Below are positions 22,118 to 33,295 of a stretch of 46,182 nt of DNA, piece after piece. The position numbers and the translations under genes are program-made. Source of the DNA: Piedraia hortae CBS 480.64 (lineage: Eukaryota); contig MU005992.1 of the NCBI GenBank assembly GCA_010093745.1, positions 124,001-170,182 on the forward strand, given 5' to 3'. Every line of letters starts with the position of its first letter. Positions within the stretch are counted from its first letter, which is position 1. The notes below the pieces were generated by a model. It ran no database searches and was not told the DNA's origin. It saw only the letters and a program-made list of their open reading frames with translations.

Positions 22118-23770
22118 TCACAAATCCAACAACTCCTCCACAAAATCATCAAGATACACGATCCTAAACCTCCCCGCGTACCTCACCTCCAAATTCTTCT
22201 TCTTATAAATCCCACTCACGGCCGAACTCCACGTCACAAGCTCGACTTTCCACCCTTTCTCCAGCGCTCTCACAACCTGAACCATAAAACCCGGCGAAAA
22301 CTCCGATTGCGCCCCATCCCCCGTCGCAAGCACAATAGTTGTCGACGGAACCGTATCAACCAACGACTCCAAAATCTTCAATTGTAAAATCTCATCAACG
22401 CCTTGCTCGATCCTTCGAGCTTTAGTATCATCGATAGTTTTTCCTTTTTGCCGTTTGAGATCTCGAAAGTAGATTTCCCGTTCGGTTGGGAGTTTGACTT
22501 TTTCGACTTTTTCAAGGATGGAGCACTCGTAGCCCACGTCGCGCGCTTTGTCAAAGGGGTGCATGTGCGGTGTTGAGCCGACGAGGACGCGCTTCGCTAT
22601 GGGCCTTCGACGCTCCATGAGGAGGGCGAGGGCGTCAAAGGAGAAGCGCACTGGTGGCATGAATAGTCCGCGAGAGCGTCTTAGGTGCTCGGAAAAGCCG
22701 ATGAAGATGTTGCTTGCGTCGACGAAGACGTGGATCCCCGAGGGTTCGGTGTTGTGGTTGGTAAGGTTCATTGGTGCGACGATGTGCTTGCGGTCTTCGG
22801 GAAAGGTTTGGACGATCTTCATGAAGAGGTCCCAGTGTCTGGCTTCTGGGTTGTTGGCTTCCACGTTTGGTAGTAGACGGGGGAGTTTTACTGTTTTTGC
22901 GGCTTTTTGGGGGGTGGGTTGAGCTGGTGGTGCTTCTTTTTTCAGTGCAGCCACGCTTTGTGCCACCCTTGATGTAGCGAGATCAATCATTTCTGGGGTG
23001 ATGATGGCTTTGCCGGTGGTGTTGTCGCCTTCATGCTGAATTGGTGGTTGAATGTGCGATGCGATGATGTGAGCGCTAGCTAGCCTTGCTGGAGCCTTCT
23101 TGGAGGTCTGGTCTCCCTCGGCCTCGGATAAGGTCTCGGGCTTGAGTGCTGCTTTCTTGGCTGCTCTCGCTTTACGTCGCTGCTTCTTTCGTTGAGTCTT
23201 CGTTAATGATTCACTAGGCGTTTCCACCGCGGCCTCTGGGCGTTGGCGACTGACTGGTTTCGCATAAATAGCGCCGTCAGATGCGTACTCAATCAACGAT
23301 GACTCCTTCAAGCAACGGTCAGTTGCGTTTTTTAGCGACGACAACTCCTCTGCAGCCTGTTCTCTTCGCCGCAGCTTCTTCTTTTGAGTTTTGGTGAGGG
23401 AAGCGACGTCTGGCGATTTGATCGAAGGTGCAATCAAACCTTCAAAGCCAATGAGACTAACACCTCCATCTTCGGGACTGGACTGCGACGCTGATTCAGC
23501 GGAGCTTTCCTGACTGGACGGCGGAGAATTAGGCTCAATGAAGGTTTCTTGACTTGACAGCGAAGCCTTAGAGCCGGTGGGATTTTCTTGCCCTTCTGAC
23601 GCAGTTCCTAGGAATGTCCAAAGTGCGCTGAAATCTCCCAGGCCGGTAGAGGTAGTACGAACTCGTTCCCCATTATGTCCATTTATATTTATCGGGTTGA
23701 CTGGTTGGAATGATTTCGCCAATTCAATCACATCAGAAAGCCACGGCTTCGCCTCTTTTTGCGGACCCAT
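22118..23770 (-). CDS. NYN/PIN-like domain protein with a low-complexity basic N-terminus
   Basis: C-terminal HVFVDASNIFIG...EQGVDEIL...IVLATGDG...GWKVELVTW matches the NYN/LabA-like acidic-residue pattern. Confidence 0.78.
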   Translation of the reverse strand: MGPQKEAKPWLSDVIELAKSFQPVNPININGHNGERVRTTSTGLGDFSALWTFLGTASEGQENPTGSKASLSSQETFIEPNSPPSSQESSAESASQSSPEDGGVSLIGFEGLIAPSIKSPDVASLTKTQKKKLRRREQAAEELSSLKNATDRCLKESSLIEYASDGAIYAKPVSRQRPEAAVETPSESLTKTQRKKQRRKARAAKKAALKPETLSEAEGDQTSKKAPARLASAHIIASHIQPPIQHEGDNTTGKAIITPEMIDLATSRVAQSVAALKKEAPPAQPTPQKAAKTVKLPRLLPNVEANNPEARHWDLFMKIVQTFPEDRKHIVAPMNLTNHNTEPSGIHVFVDASNIFIGFSEHLRRSRGLFMPPVRFSFDALALLMERRRPIAKRVLVGSTPHMHPFDKARDVGYECSILEKVEKVKLPTEREIYFRDLKRQKGKTIDDTKARRIEQGVDEILQLKILESLVDTVPSTTIVLATGDGAQSEFSPGFMVQVVRALEKGWKVELVTWSSAVSGIYKKKNLEVRYAGRFRIVYLDDFVEELLDL

Positions 23771-24549
23771 TCAATGTCAGAGCTCAGTAATTACGGGGCA
23801 AAGCCCCGTCGGTTGCAACAAGACGAGTAACTCGCTTAGGAGGTTTTTGAATGGCAGCTGTCACACAGGTATTGGCAGACGTTTTTGTGGGTTGAGGAGC
23901 GATGACGTCTCGAGTCATGCAACGGCCCTGCTCCGCTATACAGTTGGCGTTGACGGAACTTTCCAACCATTGTCTGACATCCGAACACTCTGGCATGTGA
24001 AACATGTATTCTCATGATCCAACTTCAAAGACACTTCGGAAAAGTTCATGACAGAGATATAAGCCACGTAGAGTGAGCTTATGCATTCATGCAAAGTCGT
24101 TGAATCTCTGTAGCTTTGAATGCAGGGGACGACCCACCTGATTATACCAGAATTCTCATTTCGAACCAGTTCGTTACAGTTGTTCTATAAACTTTTCATG
24201 TACCTATTAGATGAGCAGGGGTTCCAATGCAAAATGAAAGACCAGTATGGACCAAGTCCTGGCCAGCTTGAGACACTGTCATCAGATACCAACCGAAAAG
24301 AAGAAACCCTCCCAAGTTAACTAGCACATAGCAAACTTTCAACTGCCTACCAATTACGTAGGATGACTCACCAAGGCAACTTACAAATGAAACATCGACA
24401 AAAGGAAGACATCAGTGGTCAATGGAACCTTCGTGCTGTCTTCCGAAGGACATGAGATGGGTACATACCCTAAATTACATGAATTGTATGTAATACGATT
24501 CATACGAACTGTTTCGCAGAATGTTCACACTCGCATAGAGGTGTACTTA

Positions 24550-26570
24550 TTACATCATCTGCTCTTGCAGATTGCCCATCGTCTCCGATCCGTCCATGTC
24601 ATTGCCCTGATTAGTGTAGCGGCAGTAGTTAAGGCCAAGGGGACGACCGCCGTATTGATAGCCCTGGAACTTTTGGATAGCCGTCGTGGCCTCGTCGATG
24701 GAACTGAATTCCACAACGCCGGTGCCGGTTGAGCGACCTCCCATGGACTCGTACTTGATCTCAGCACGCTCAACTTTCCCAATGGTAACGAACAGCTCGA
24801 CGAGGTCGTCATTGCTTGTACTCCAGGGCAACTGTGATGTGTGAGCCAAATTTACCTTCATAAGATACGACTTACGTTGCGAACAAAAATCCTGGTGTTC
24901 GGCTCGCTGCCAGAGGTACTGTAATCAGTGAACGGGTTAGGAGGATTGGCAACTGGCATAGGAGCATTGAAATTGCCCCCATAACCACCACCTCCAAAAC
25001 CGCCACGACCACCAAAGCCGCCACCAAAGCCGCCACGAAACCCTCCGTAGCCTCCACGACCAGCAAAACCTCCGCGGAAGCCACCAGCGCCGCCACGACC
25101 CCCAGAGAAGCCTGGCCCGCCACTAGCATACCGATCCTCACGGACCTCAAGCACACGACCCTGCCAGTCGTATCCGTTAAATTGCTGAATAGCGTTGGCC
25201 GCATCCTCGGGGTTATCAAACGCCACGACTCCAGTACCCTTCGGTCGGCCATCGGGTGTGGTATGTACATCGGCGCGTACAATTGTTCCGGACACGACTA
25301 CACGCTTAGCAGGCCAGCCTATGCAGATGCTCACAACACTTACCCGCTTGACGGAAAAGATCTTTCAGATCTTGCCATCCAATTTGATAGGGAAGCTAAA
25401 CAAGTCAGCATCTGCAAAGAGACGATTGAGTAGGGCACACGTTTGTGATGTAGATCTGGCGGGCACCTGTGCTGGCTGGTGGCATGAATATGCCACCAGC
25501 GTAACCACCATTGTAGCCACCGAAGCTTCCGCGTGCATTGTTAAGCCCTCCGCGACCGGAAGGGTTTCCGAAGCGAGGTTCGGTTTCACGGTCCTGTCCA
25601 CAGCGGTGAGTAAGGCATATGGAATAGCACAGAGCCGACATACCTCCCGAATGTACACAAGTCGTCCCATGAATTCCTGGTTGCTCAAGGTTTCAATCGC
25701 CTGCTGAGCGCTTTCGCGAGTGAAGTATTCCACGATTCTGTCAATTCGTTAGCAGACAATGATTTGCAGGGACATTCAAGCTTACCCGCATCCCTAAATG
25801 TCAAATAAAATCCTGCTGTCAGTTACCGTTTCCTCAAATAAAGCGGCTAAGCACTCAGCTGAGATCAATGCTAACCTTACTCATCCCATTAGGCAGAAGA
25901 AGAACATCTGCAAAATTCACCTCACCGGCTGAAGCAATGTTAGCGACTTTGTTCAAATGATAGCCATGTTCACATACCTTGACGCATGAAGTCTTTGAGA
26001 TGATGCCATTTTGTATCGTATGAGAGGTTGCCGACGTATACACGCCGGTCCTGTGATGAAGGCTCGCGCTTGTTGTCGAGCATTGGATCTTTGGCTGAGT
26101 GTTCGCCCCTATCATCGATAGACCGCCTAGGCCGATCTCGTTCGCGGTCACGATCCCTATCACGATCGCGACTCGAAGCACGGTAACCGTTAGGCGAACG
26201 CTCTCGACGACTTTCGCGATATCTATCTCGACTAGGGGAACGACTGCGATTGTCGTACCTCCCTCGCCGCGGAGAGCGAGACCTCGAACGCTATAGCCGT
26301 GTTAGATATGGGATGTCCTCATGCATTGGTTTTAAGATGCAGAGGCCGTGTTTAGCGAATGCAAAAAGTACTCACATTGTGATTGCGCTCACGGTTTGGG
26401 CGGTAGTTGTTTTCTGCAAAGAGTCAGCTGTGTGCTTTTCCTGGTGCAACAAAAGAAGAGGAGAGTAGCTTGTCGAAAACAAGCATGGGCTGTGCACGCA
26501 GTGGAAGAATTGACTGGGCGAGGCAAAAGGGCGCACAACGTAAGCCCAAGACAGAGTCTGACTTACCCAT
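24550..26570 (-). CDS. GBP2: SR-like three-RRM mRNA-binding protein Gbp2/Hrb1 (10 exons)
   Basis: Introns at 26414-26566, 26291-26375, 25929-25977, 25794-25875, 25738-25785, 25594-25643, 25396-25440, 25298-25343 and 24832-24875 give [18 protein letters not shown] repeats, [27 protein letters not shown]...[22 protein letters not shown], an RGG box and [19 protein letters not shown]. Confidence 0.88.
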
Positions 26571-27677
26571 TTTGCGTATCGAAGCGTGTAAAGCGTCGGA
26601 TTAATGCCTAAACGACGTTTGTTGATATAAGCCCTTCAATGACCAACAGCCCCGATGAAATTCTGCGTCTACACCCCTCCGTCAGCGCATGTCCATTTCC
26701 ATCTCTCCAAAAAGAAAAAAACCCATCCATAGCCATTGCGCTCGAGACGCCAAAAGCAGACGAAGGCTATGGCTGGCCTGCGGTGACCGCACCACGGCAG
26801 ATTGTCGCCGCGCGGAACCGCTCCAAAACCCTGCATCCGCTTTCCGTCGCCCCGGCCAGTACACCTGCGTACATACCTCCGCCTCCAACCACGTGCTGTT
26901 AAGTAACGATTGGCGAGCGCTGTTGAAGTGCGGTCGACTAATTACAGGCCGGGGTGCCGTCAAAAACTTTTTGGAAACGCGCACTGCTCGTCACCGTCAG
27001 AATCTGAAGAGCGTGATGCGCAATGCGTGTGCTCCTCGCACATGTGAGAAGCGATTTGGCGATTGCGCAAAAGTGAAGTTGACGGTCTCAGGATGGCCGT
27101 AGTTCGCGGAGCCCGGAAAATTTCCGCGAGGTAGATTGCCAAGATTGCACGCTGCGCTTCCGCACTTGTCAGATAAGAATTTCCTAGCCGCTGTGGACGC
27201 TGACACTATCGCATGTAACTCATGCCATCTCACGTATAGGAAGTCTATAGGGTAATGCTGGAGCGAGACGCGGAGTGCTACTCTACTTTACGCAATGTAA
27301 CTGCGAGCTGACAAATTGATTTGTCTATGAACCGTCTGTTGTGTAGCCAAGGGTTGCACCAGACGTCGATGGGCACGTTTTAAATGCGGGGAGGCTTTGT
27401 GACAAGAGTCTTTGACATATAGCCAGCATCACGCAGAGCTGATAGAAGACGACGTTGTTCCGTGAACTGGAAGTCACCAACTTTAATTTGTATACTTGAG
27501 TATGTACGACAGTAATAAGTATGCTCTGTTCAGATCAGTCTCTAACATCCGGTTGAACCCAATCAGTTCAACACCACCGCATCTGCGTTGCTCAGTCGAG
27601 CGGCTCGTGCCGTCCCATCAACGCTTTTCCCGAGCGGGCCGCGAAGACTTCAAGGACCGCGCAAGTTGACGACAAGC

Positions 27678-28556
27678 ATGGCGGAGACGGAGGTGCAGCA
27701 GCTTATATCGCAGCTCTCCAATGCAAGTCTCGATGAGGTGCCTCCGCTTCTTTCCAAAGCTAAGCGGGCTCTTCTCCACCTCAACGCCCTTGTACCCGGC
27801 CCCGAAAGCAAACCGGCGCATTTACTTCTCGCCACCACAGTACTTGAAGGCGGCGCGCTTGCCAGCATACGCCTAAAGGACACAGACGCGTTTACGCGCT
27901 ACTATCAGCAGCTCCAGCCTTTCTATACGCTGCCGCGAGAATCATGGGGCAACGCGGGCTATCCGCCTAACCAAAGTAAAGTAACGGGGCTGTATCTACT
28001 GCTACTCCTTAGCGTGGGAGACTATGCCGGGTTCCATACGTTGCTGGAGGGACTGGAAATGACTACGAGCAAGAGCGTACTTGACAAGGACCAGTTTATT
28101 CAATATCCTATCCGGCTGGAACAGGCTTTCATGGAGGGTAGCTACGACAAGGTATGGGGAGAGGCAAAGGGCGACAAGGTGCCAAGTGAAGAATTTGCTG
28201 TCTTTTCAGAGGTGAGTCCTTGACGTTTTGGGTCAAGCGGTTGGGCGATTAGGTGACCAGACGGCTAATATTTCTAGGTGCTCATCAACACCATTCGGTC
28301 CGAGATCGCATCCTGCTCCGAGCGCGCCTACCCGTCGCTGCCCATCTCCAATGCCAAGAACCTCTTGTTCCTGGAGTCTGACGGTGCCGTCATCGACTTC
28401 GCGCAGTCGCGGGGATGGATAGCCAAAGAAGGCCGCATCTACTTTCCGCAGCAGGAAGAGGAGGTGCAGGCAGCGGAGAAAGACGTCATGTGCAGCAGCG
28501 GTTTGGTCATAAACAACACGCTAGGCTACGCCAGACAGCTGGAGACGATTGTGTAG
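27678..28556 (+). CDS. RPN12: 26S proteasome lid subunit Rpn12 (intron 28212-28277)
   Basis: FTRYYQQLQPFY, GLYLLLLLS...FHTLLE, YPIRLEQAFMEGSYDKVW, TIRSEIASCSERAY, C-terminal LGYARQLETIV. Confidence 0.95.
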
Positions 28557-28573
28557 GCAATAGGTGTACCAGT

Positions 28574-29288
28574 CTAATAATGTTTGTTGCCCTCTTGTCG
28601 CCGCAGAAGCTCCCGTCGCAACAGCTCCGGGTGGCGGTGAACGCTGGGCAAGAGCCCAACGCCAATCGCTCTCCGCACTGCCTTTGCCATGCGCCGCTGA
28701 TTCGCGGGCCTCAGCCCCGTTAGGCTGCTATGTTTGATGCGTCCCATGTCCGTCACAAACTCGTTCATGATGCTGAAGTTTTTGTAGTGATCAATTGGCC
28801 GAATTCCCGCCACGTCCAGCACATCCGGTCCACTGCGAGCCGTTGGCCTGGGTTGTCGTGGTGCCCGCTTCCACTTGGCCATTTCGTAGCCGGAAAGATC
28901 GCGCGGCGAATACACGTCTCCGCCTCGCCATTTGCGCTTCATCTGGTAGTCGAGGTCTTGTCTTGTATACTGTCGCTGAAAGTCGGCCATGGCCTCGTCC
29001 GCCGCTCGCTTTGCCTGTGGAGCGCCGGCCTTCTGGACCATGCGGGTGGCTACGTCAAACGAGGACGACTGCTGTTGCTGCGTAGGCGAGGCCTCTACAT
29101 GCCGCTTTGAGCCATTCTTGCGACCGTCACCTTCGAGCTCTGCGACCGGTCAGTTTGACGCGTTCCCTGCGAGCAATAGACCTACGTGATAAGCTGTCCA
29201 AGGCACTAAATGTAGATGACAGCCGTGTTCGGAGTATGGAGTAGCTCGGACAAAGTGAAAGCCGTTGAAGCGCTTGTTTGAAAGGCAT
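28574..29288 (-). CDS. RSM18: Mitochondrial ribosomal protein bS18m (intron 29140-29185)
   Basis: Presequence-like N-terminus, W..GDVYSPRDLS and an S18 core (YKNFSIMNEFVTDMGRIKHSSLTGLRPANQRRMAKAVRRAIGVGLLP). Confidence 0.9.
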
Positions 29289-29524
29289 GGCGTGGTTGGT
29301 TGGGTGGTGCGGTGGTGCGGTGGTGGACGGCCAGTGTATTGCGGCCTCAGGCAACCCGGAGGTCCGCAAGTACTGCCGCCAACCTACAGGCCAAGTGTTG
29401 GACGGTGTCTGCCCAGTTCTCGACAAATCGGTCGCATAGTATTCGGGTTCTGGCCCTTGAAGACCTCTGCCACCTTTCTTCTGCCGCAGGCCAAGTTGTC
29501 CAGCGCTCGTTAGGCCTCCAGGCC

Positions 29525-31915
29525 ATGTCTACTTTGCTCACACGGCGCATTTTCCGCCAGCTGCTCAGCAACAAGACGCTTGTATTCCGAGGATGTCTAC
29601 GATCCCATCGGCTACCCGTTGGCAAAATCACCGAGTCTCGCCGGACGCTCCTTGATCTGGCCACGGTGCTTCAGACGTCCCGCAAGCCACAGGGCCCCGA
29701 GACACCGCTTGGGCTGTCCGAACTTCTGGAACTGGAGAAGCGAAAGCGGATGCGTGCTCGGTTGCCGTCCCCGGAATCAGTAAAGCATGCTTTGACCCAG
29801 TTTATTCACGCAAAATGCTCAAGGGCAAGGGCAATCGGCCAAGTAGTGATGGATAACGAAGCCAGACTGCTGCTGGACGGTCTACATTATGTTCTGGAGT
29901 CATCAGAGGATCAAAGAACCCCAATCCAGTTCTTCCGCCCCTTTGCCAAAGCTGGGATTCAGCTGTTTCCCTCGGCCAACAGTCTCACAGAAGCTCATAT
30001 GGAGTTATTTGCCCTTATCTACGAGCAGAGGCCGTATGAAATCTCCGAATCAGAGAGCCAGTCCATATCAGTGACTTACTGCGCCCTGCTGTGTCGTTTG
30101 GGAAAGCGGAAGGAGGCTCAGGAACTTGTGCTCGAACTGGAACAGCAGCCACAGATCTCAGGAGACTCTGGCACCTCGTCCCCTCGAGAGGCCAAGTGGT
30201 TCATGCCGCACTGGAGGATTATCATCGAAGCAGCAGCCAGCTCTGGAAGTGCGGCGGAGATTCACCGTATATATGACTTGATGCACCAAAGAGGCCTGGA
30301 CAGATCGGGTGGCGTGAAATGCACAATGTTGAAAGCAGCCATCCGGCATGGAGACATGGACGGAATGCACAAGTGGTGGCAGGAGTGGAAGTATTGGTCG
30401 GCAATGCAAAGCCCCAGCAGCCATCCACGACATTCTGCTCGCCAACGCAACTTTGCTCTCACTGTCCAACAGCTCCTGAAGCTCTGTGTTGAGAGAAAAA
30501 ACCTCGTCTTTGGACAAGAGATTGTCCGAGAAGTTGCCCAAGGCAATCCTGATAAACTGATATGGGACGGTATCATTCAGTTTGCGGCTGCATCAGGCAA
30601 AGATGTTGACGATATTTCACGCCTGCTAAAATCAATGCCTGGTGATACGGCACCTGATAGCGCAACCATCAACGGGCTGGTGGAGGTTGCAGTTGCCAAT
30701 GGCGACCACCTCTTGGCTGAACGCTTCACAGCCCTTGCACAGGACCACGGCATTAGTCCAGATGTGAAATCGTGCATCCTACAGATTGATAATCGCACGC
30801 ATATGGACGACCTGGACGGTGCATTAGAAGCATACAAGAATATGCAGGCGTGCGACTACGATGGTCATGAAGATGTGCCAGCTATCAACAGGCTTATTGT
30901 AGCCTTGTGCAACGGCCAGCGCCATAGTTTCGAGACTGTCATGGAATTGGCTGCTGGCCTATCCACTCGGAAAGCCCAATTCGAGCCGGCAACAGTATCG
31001 ACCCTCGCAATCCTGCACCTCTGCCGCGAGGAGGCTCAGGATTTTGCGGATCTCCTCTACACCCACGCATTTTCTCTTACCTCTGCCGGACGCACCAGTG
31101 TTTGCAAATCTCTGGTCGACCACGCCGTTGACGATTCCACTGATACAGAGACTGCATGGCTCATTTATACAGTCTTAGAGGACGTATTTCACGAATTGCC
31201 ACGAGATCAACGCACAAGACTCCTCGCCCACTTTTTCTCGCGATCGAGTCCCTCCAAAGCAGTGCGTGTGCTCTCGGATATGCGTGCACATTCCCGCCTA
31301 GATGTAATCCCCACGCCGGATACATACACCACAGCATTGCTCTGTGCCGGCAAGCATGGGGAAATAGATGATCTGGAAGTTGTTCACAATCAGCTTCGCC
31401 TAGATTTCCGCATAGACATGACCACACAAGTGCGCAACGCTCTCATGCTGGCGTACACGGCCTGTCGTTGCCCTAATGAAGCATTGACGTACTGGGACGA
31501 CATTGAAAATTCGGTCGAAGGACCAACATACAACAGCCTCCACATCGTCTTTCGCGCATGCGAGTATGCGGAAAAAGGAAACGCCAAGGCACGGGAACTC
31601 TGGTGCAAACTTGTTGATATGGGGGTAGACCTCGACCCGTCCCTCTGGGCCTCGTACGCGGCTGCAATCGTCTCAGATGGAGATGTGACTGCCGTCACTC
31701 GCGAACTGGACCAGGCACATGAGAAAGGAGAGGTGGAAATCGATTCCTTCATCCTTGCAAGTCTCTTCATGGGTGCTCCGAACCCGCTGAAGCAGAAAGA
31801 GGTGGAGGCCTGGGCGAGGGGCTATTATCCGCGTGCCTGGGCCAAGTTGGTGGTAGAAGAGGGGGAGTTCAATGAAAGGGTCGTGGTTAATGTCGACAGA
31901 AGCATGAGTCCCTGA
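29525..31915 (+). CDS. CIA84: Mitochondrial PPR-like protein, complex I intermediate-associated protein 84-like
   Basis: Presequence-like MSTLLTRRIFRQLL and PPR-like helical repeats (PDSATINGLVE, PTPDTYTTAL, TTQVRNALMLAY, GPTYNSLHIVFRAC). The orthology call is from recall. Confidence 0.72.
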   Translation: MSTLLTRRIFRQLLSNKTLVFRGCLRSHRLPVGKITESRRTLLDLATVLQTSRKPQGPETPLGLSELLELEKRKRMRARLPSPESVKHALTQFIHAKCSRARAIGQVVMDNEARLLLDGLHYVLESSEDQRTPIQFFRPFAKAGIQLFPSANSLTEAHMELFALIYEQRPYEISESESQSISVTYCALLCRLGKRKEAQELVLELEQQPQISGDSGTSSPREAKWFMPHWRIIIEAAASSGSAAEIHRIYDLMHQRGLDRSGGVKCTMLKAAIRHGDMDGMHKWWQEWKYWSAMQSPSSHPRHSARQRNFALTVQQLLKLCVERKNLVFGQEIVREVAQGNPDKLIWDGIIQFAAASGKDVDDISRLLKSMPGDTAPDSATINGLVEVAVANGDHLLAERFTALAQDHGISPDVKSCILQIDNRTHMDDLDGALEAYKNMQACDYDGHEDVPAINRLIVALCNGQRHSFETVMELAAGLSTRKAQFEPATVSTLAILHLCREEAQDFADLLYTHAFSLTSAGRTSVCKSLVDHAVDDSTDTETAWLIYTVLEDVFHELPRDQRTRLLAHFFSRSSPSKAVRVLSDMRAHSRLDVIPTPDTYTTALLCAGKHGEIDDLEVVHNQLRLDFRIDMTTQVRNALMLAYTACRCPNEALTYWDDIENSVEGPTYNSLHIVFRACEYAEKGNAKARELWCKLVDMGVDLDPSLWASYAAAIVSDGDVTAVTRELDQAHEKGEVEIDSFILASLFMGAPNPLKQKEVEAWARGYYPRAWAKLVVEEGEFNERVVVNVDRSMSP

Positions 31916-33295
31916 GATGGGCACGAATCAATCATTGCGTCAAAATATTCTCACAGCTGGCATATTCCAATTGTGCGCCCTGACTCATGTCAACTTCAAG
32001 GGACCGGCTACAGTGTTAAAAGTGGCTTCAATTGGGAGATCGGCTCGGAGTCTGAAGCATGGTACGTTTAAGCATACCACTTGCGAACTCATCGCAGGCA
32101 AGAGACACCTCGCGGTATAAATGGGCCAGTGTCATCGAAAGGGACCTTGATACAGCAAATTTGAAAACATACTGATGCGGCCACTGCTATGAAGCAAAGG
32201 CCACAGAATATTCGCGAGAAGAACCCTCCGTACTTTTCCACTGCATTCCAACCAAATCCTCCCACCGCCTGATCCGAACCAACCACGCATTAACCAAGAA
32301 CCGAGGGGAACTTGGAGGAATTGCATCTCCGCCGCAAAGCGATTTATGGCTCGCCAGGCCGTGTACTTGGAAAGCACCGTGGCAGCAATTTGCATGCCTG
32401 TGTCTCGTGGTTCGGTGCGTGAACAGGGTCGTGGTGAAAGCATTAGACTATTTGTTCTTATGGGTGGCCAGTGCCATTTGGGGAGAATCAAGGGACGAGG
32501 ACTTGGTACCCATCCCGAGATCCTGTTTAAAGATCAAATAATAGTTCACGAAAGGAACAGTTAACTGCATTACCGAGCCATTGGTCAGGATCATCTTTAG
32601 GCAGATAACGCACAAGGCAAATGCACTTCTGAAGCAACTAACAGTTGCATCACGGCTTTCCGTATCCTAGCTGAGTTGATAAAATGGATAGTGGACACGA
32701 TACATCACTCTGCGGGTACGCAAGCAGGTAGCTGCATTAAATCTCATCAAGCCGTTCCCAAGTGAATCAAGCCACGAATAAAGATGAAGGCACCGTCCGA
32801 CCAAGTGGTAAATAATAGCTAGGAACTCATCCTTGTGGTTCTCCGAATGAGGAAATTGCTGCATAGTTTAGTGATATTCAAACGTTTGCCATGCAACATC
32901 GCGTATTTGCCCAACTGCTCTTCCGCCAGCTTCTACCCGCAAAAGGGTTTGTACTGTAGATATTATGCTAGCTGTTATGCAGGTCGCCGCGGAGCAATTC
33001 GCAGGTGATGACCCATATCCCTGACCAGGGTTTTGATCACTTGAAAATATTCCTGTGTAGGTAGCTCTAGATAAGCGTATATACGGACACATCTGCAAGG
33101 TGCCGCTGCTTATTAGAATAGTAACTAAGATGGCTCAAAAAGTCACTTCGCAGCCGATTGTGCGGATCATCACCTCATCTACTGCGTGGGTACTTGCCTT
33201 GCATGAAGTGGGAAAAGACAGTGTAGTTTGATGACGAGGGGCTGTCTTCAATCATATATAGTCCCAAGTTTCCTTGGCGATTCGTTTCGTCAGTC

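Noticed and set aside
26414..26566. 153-nt GBP2 intron 1 as a stwintron or snoRNA host
   Set aside because: A single GTAAGT..CTGAC..CAG excision already restores the frame, a [D1,2] reading would break it, and there is no clear box C/D pair.
27588..27677. TTG-initiated Arg-rich extension of RPN12 resembling a mitochondrial presequence
   Set aside because: GC-rich leaders give Arg/Pro-rich translations by chance, and a mitochondrial role for Rpn12 is not expected.
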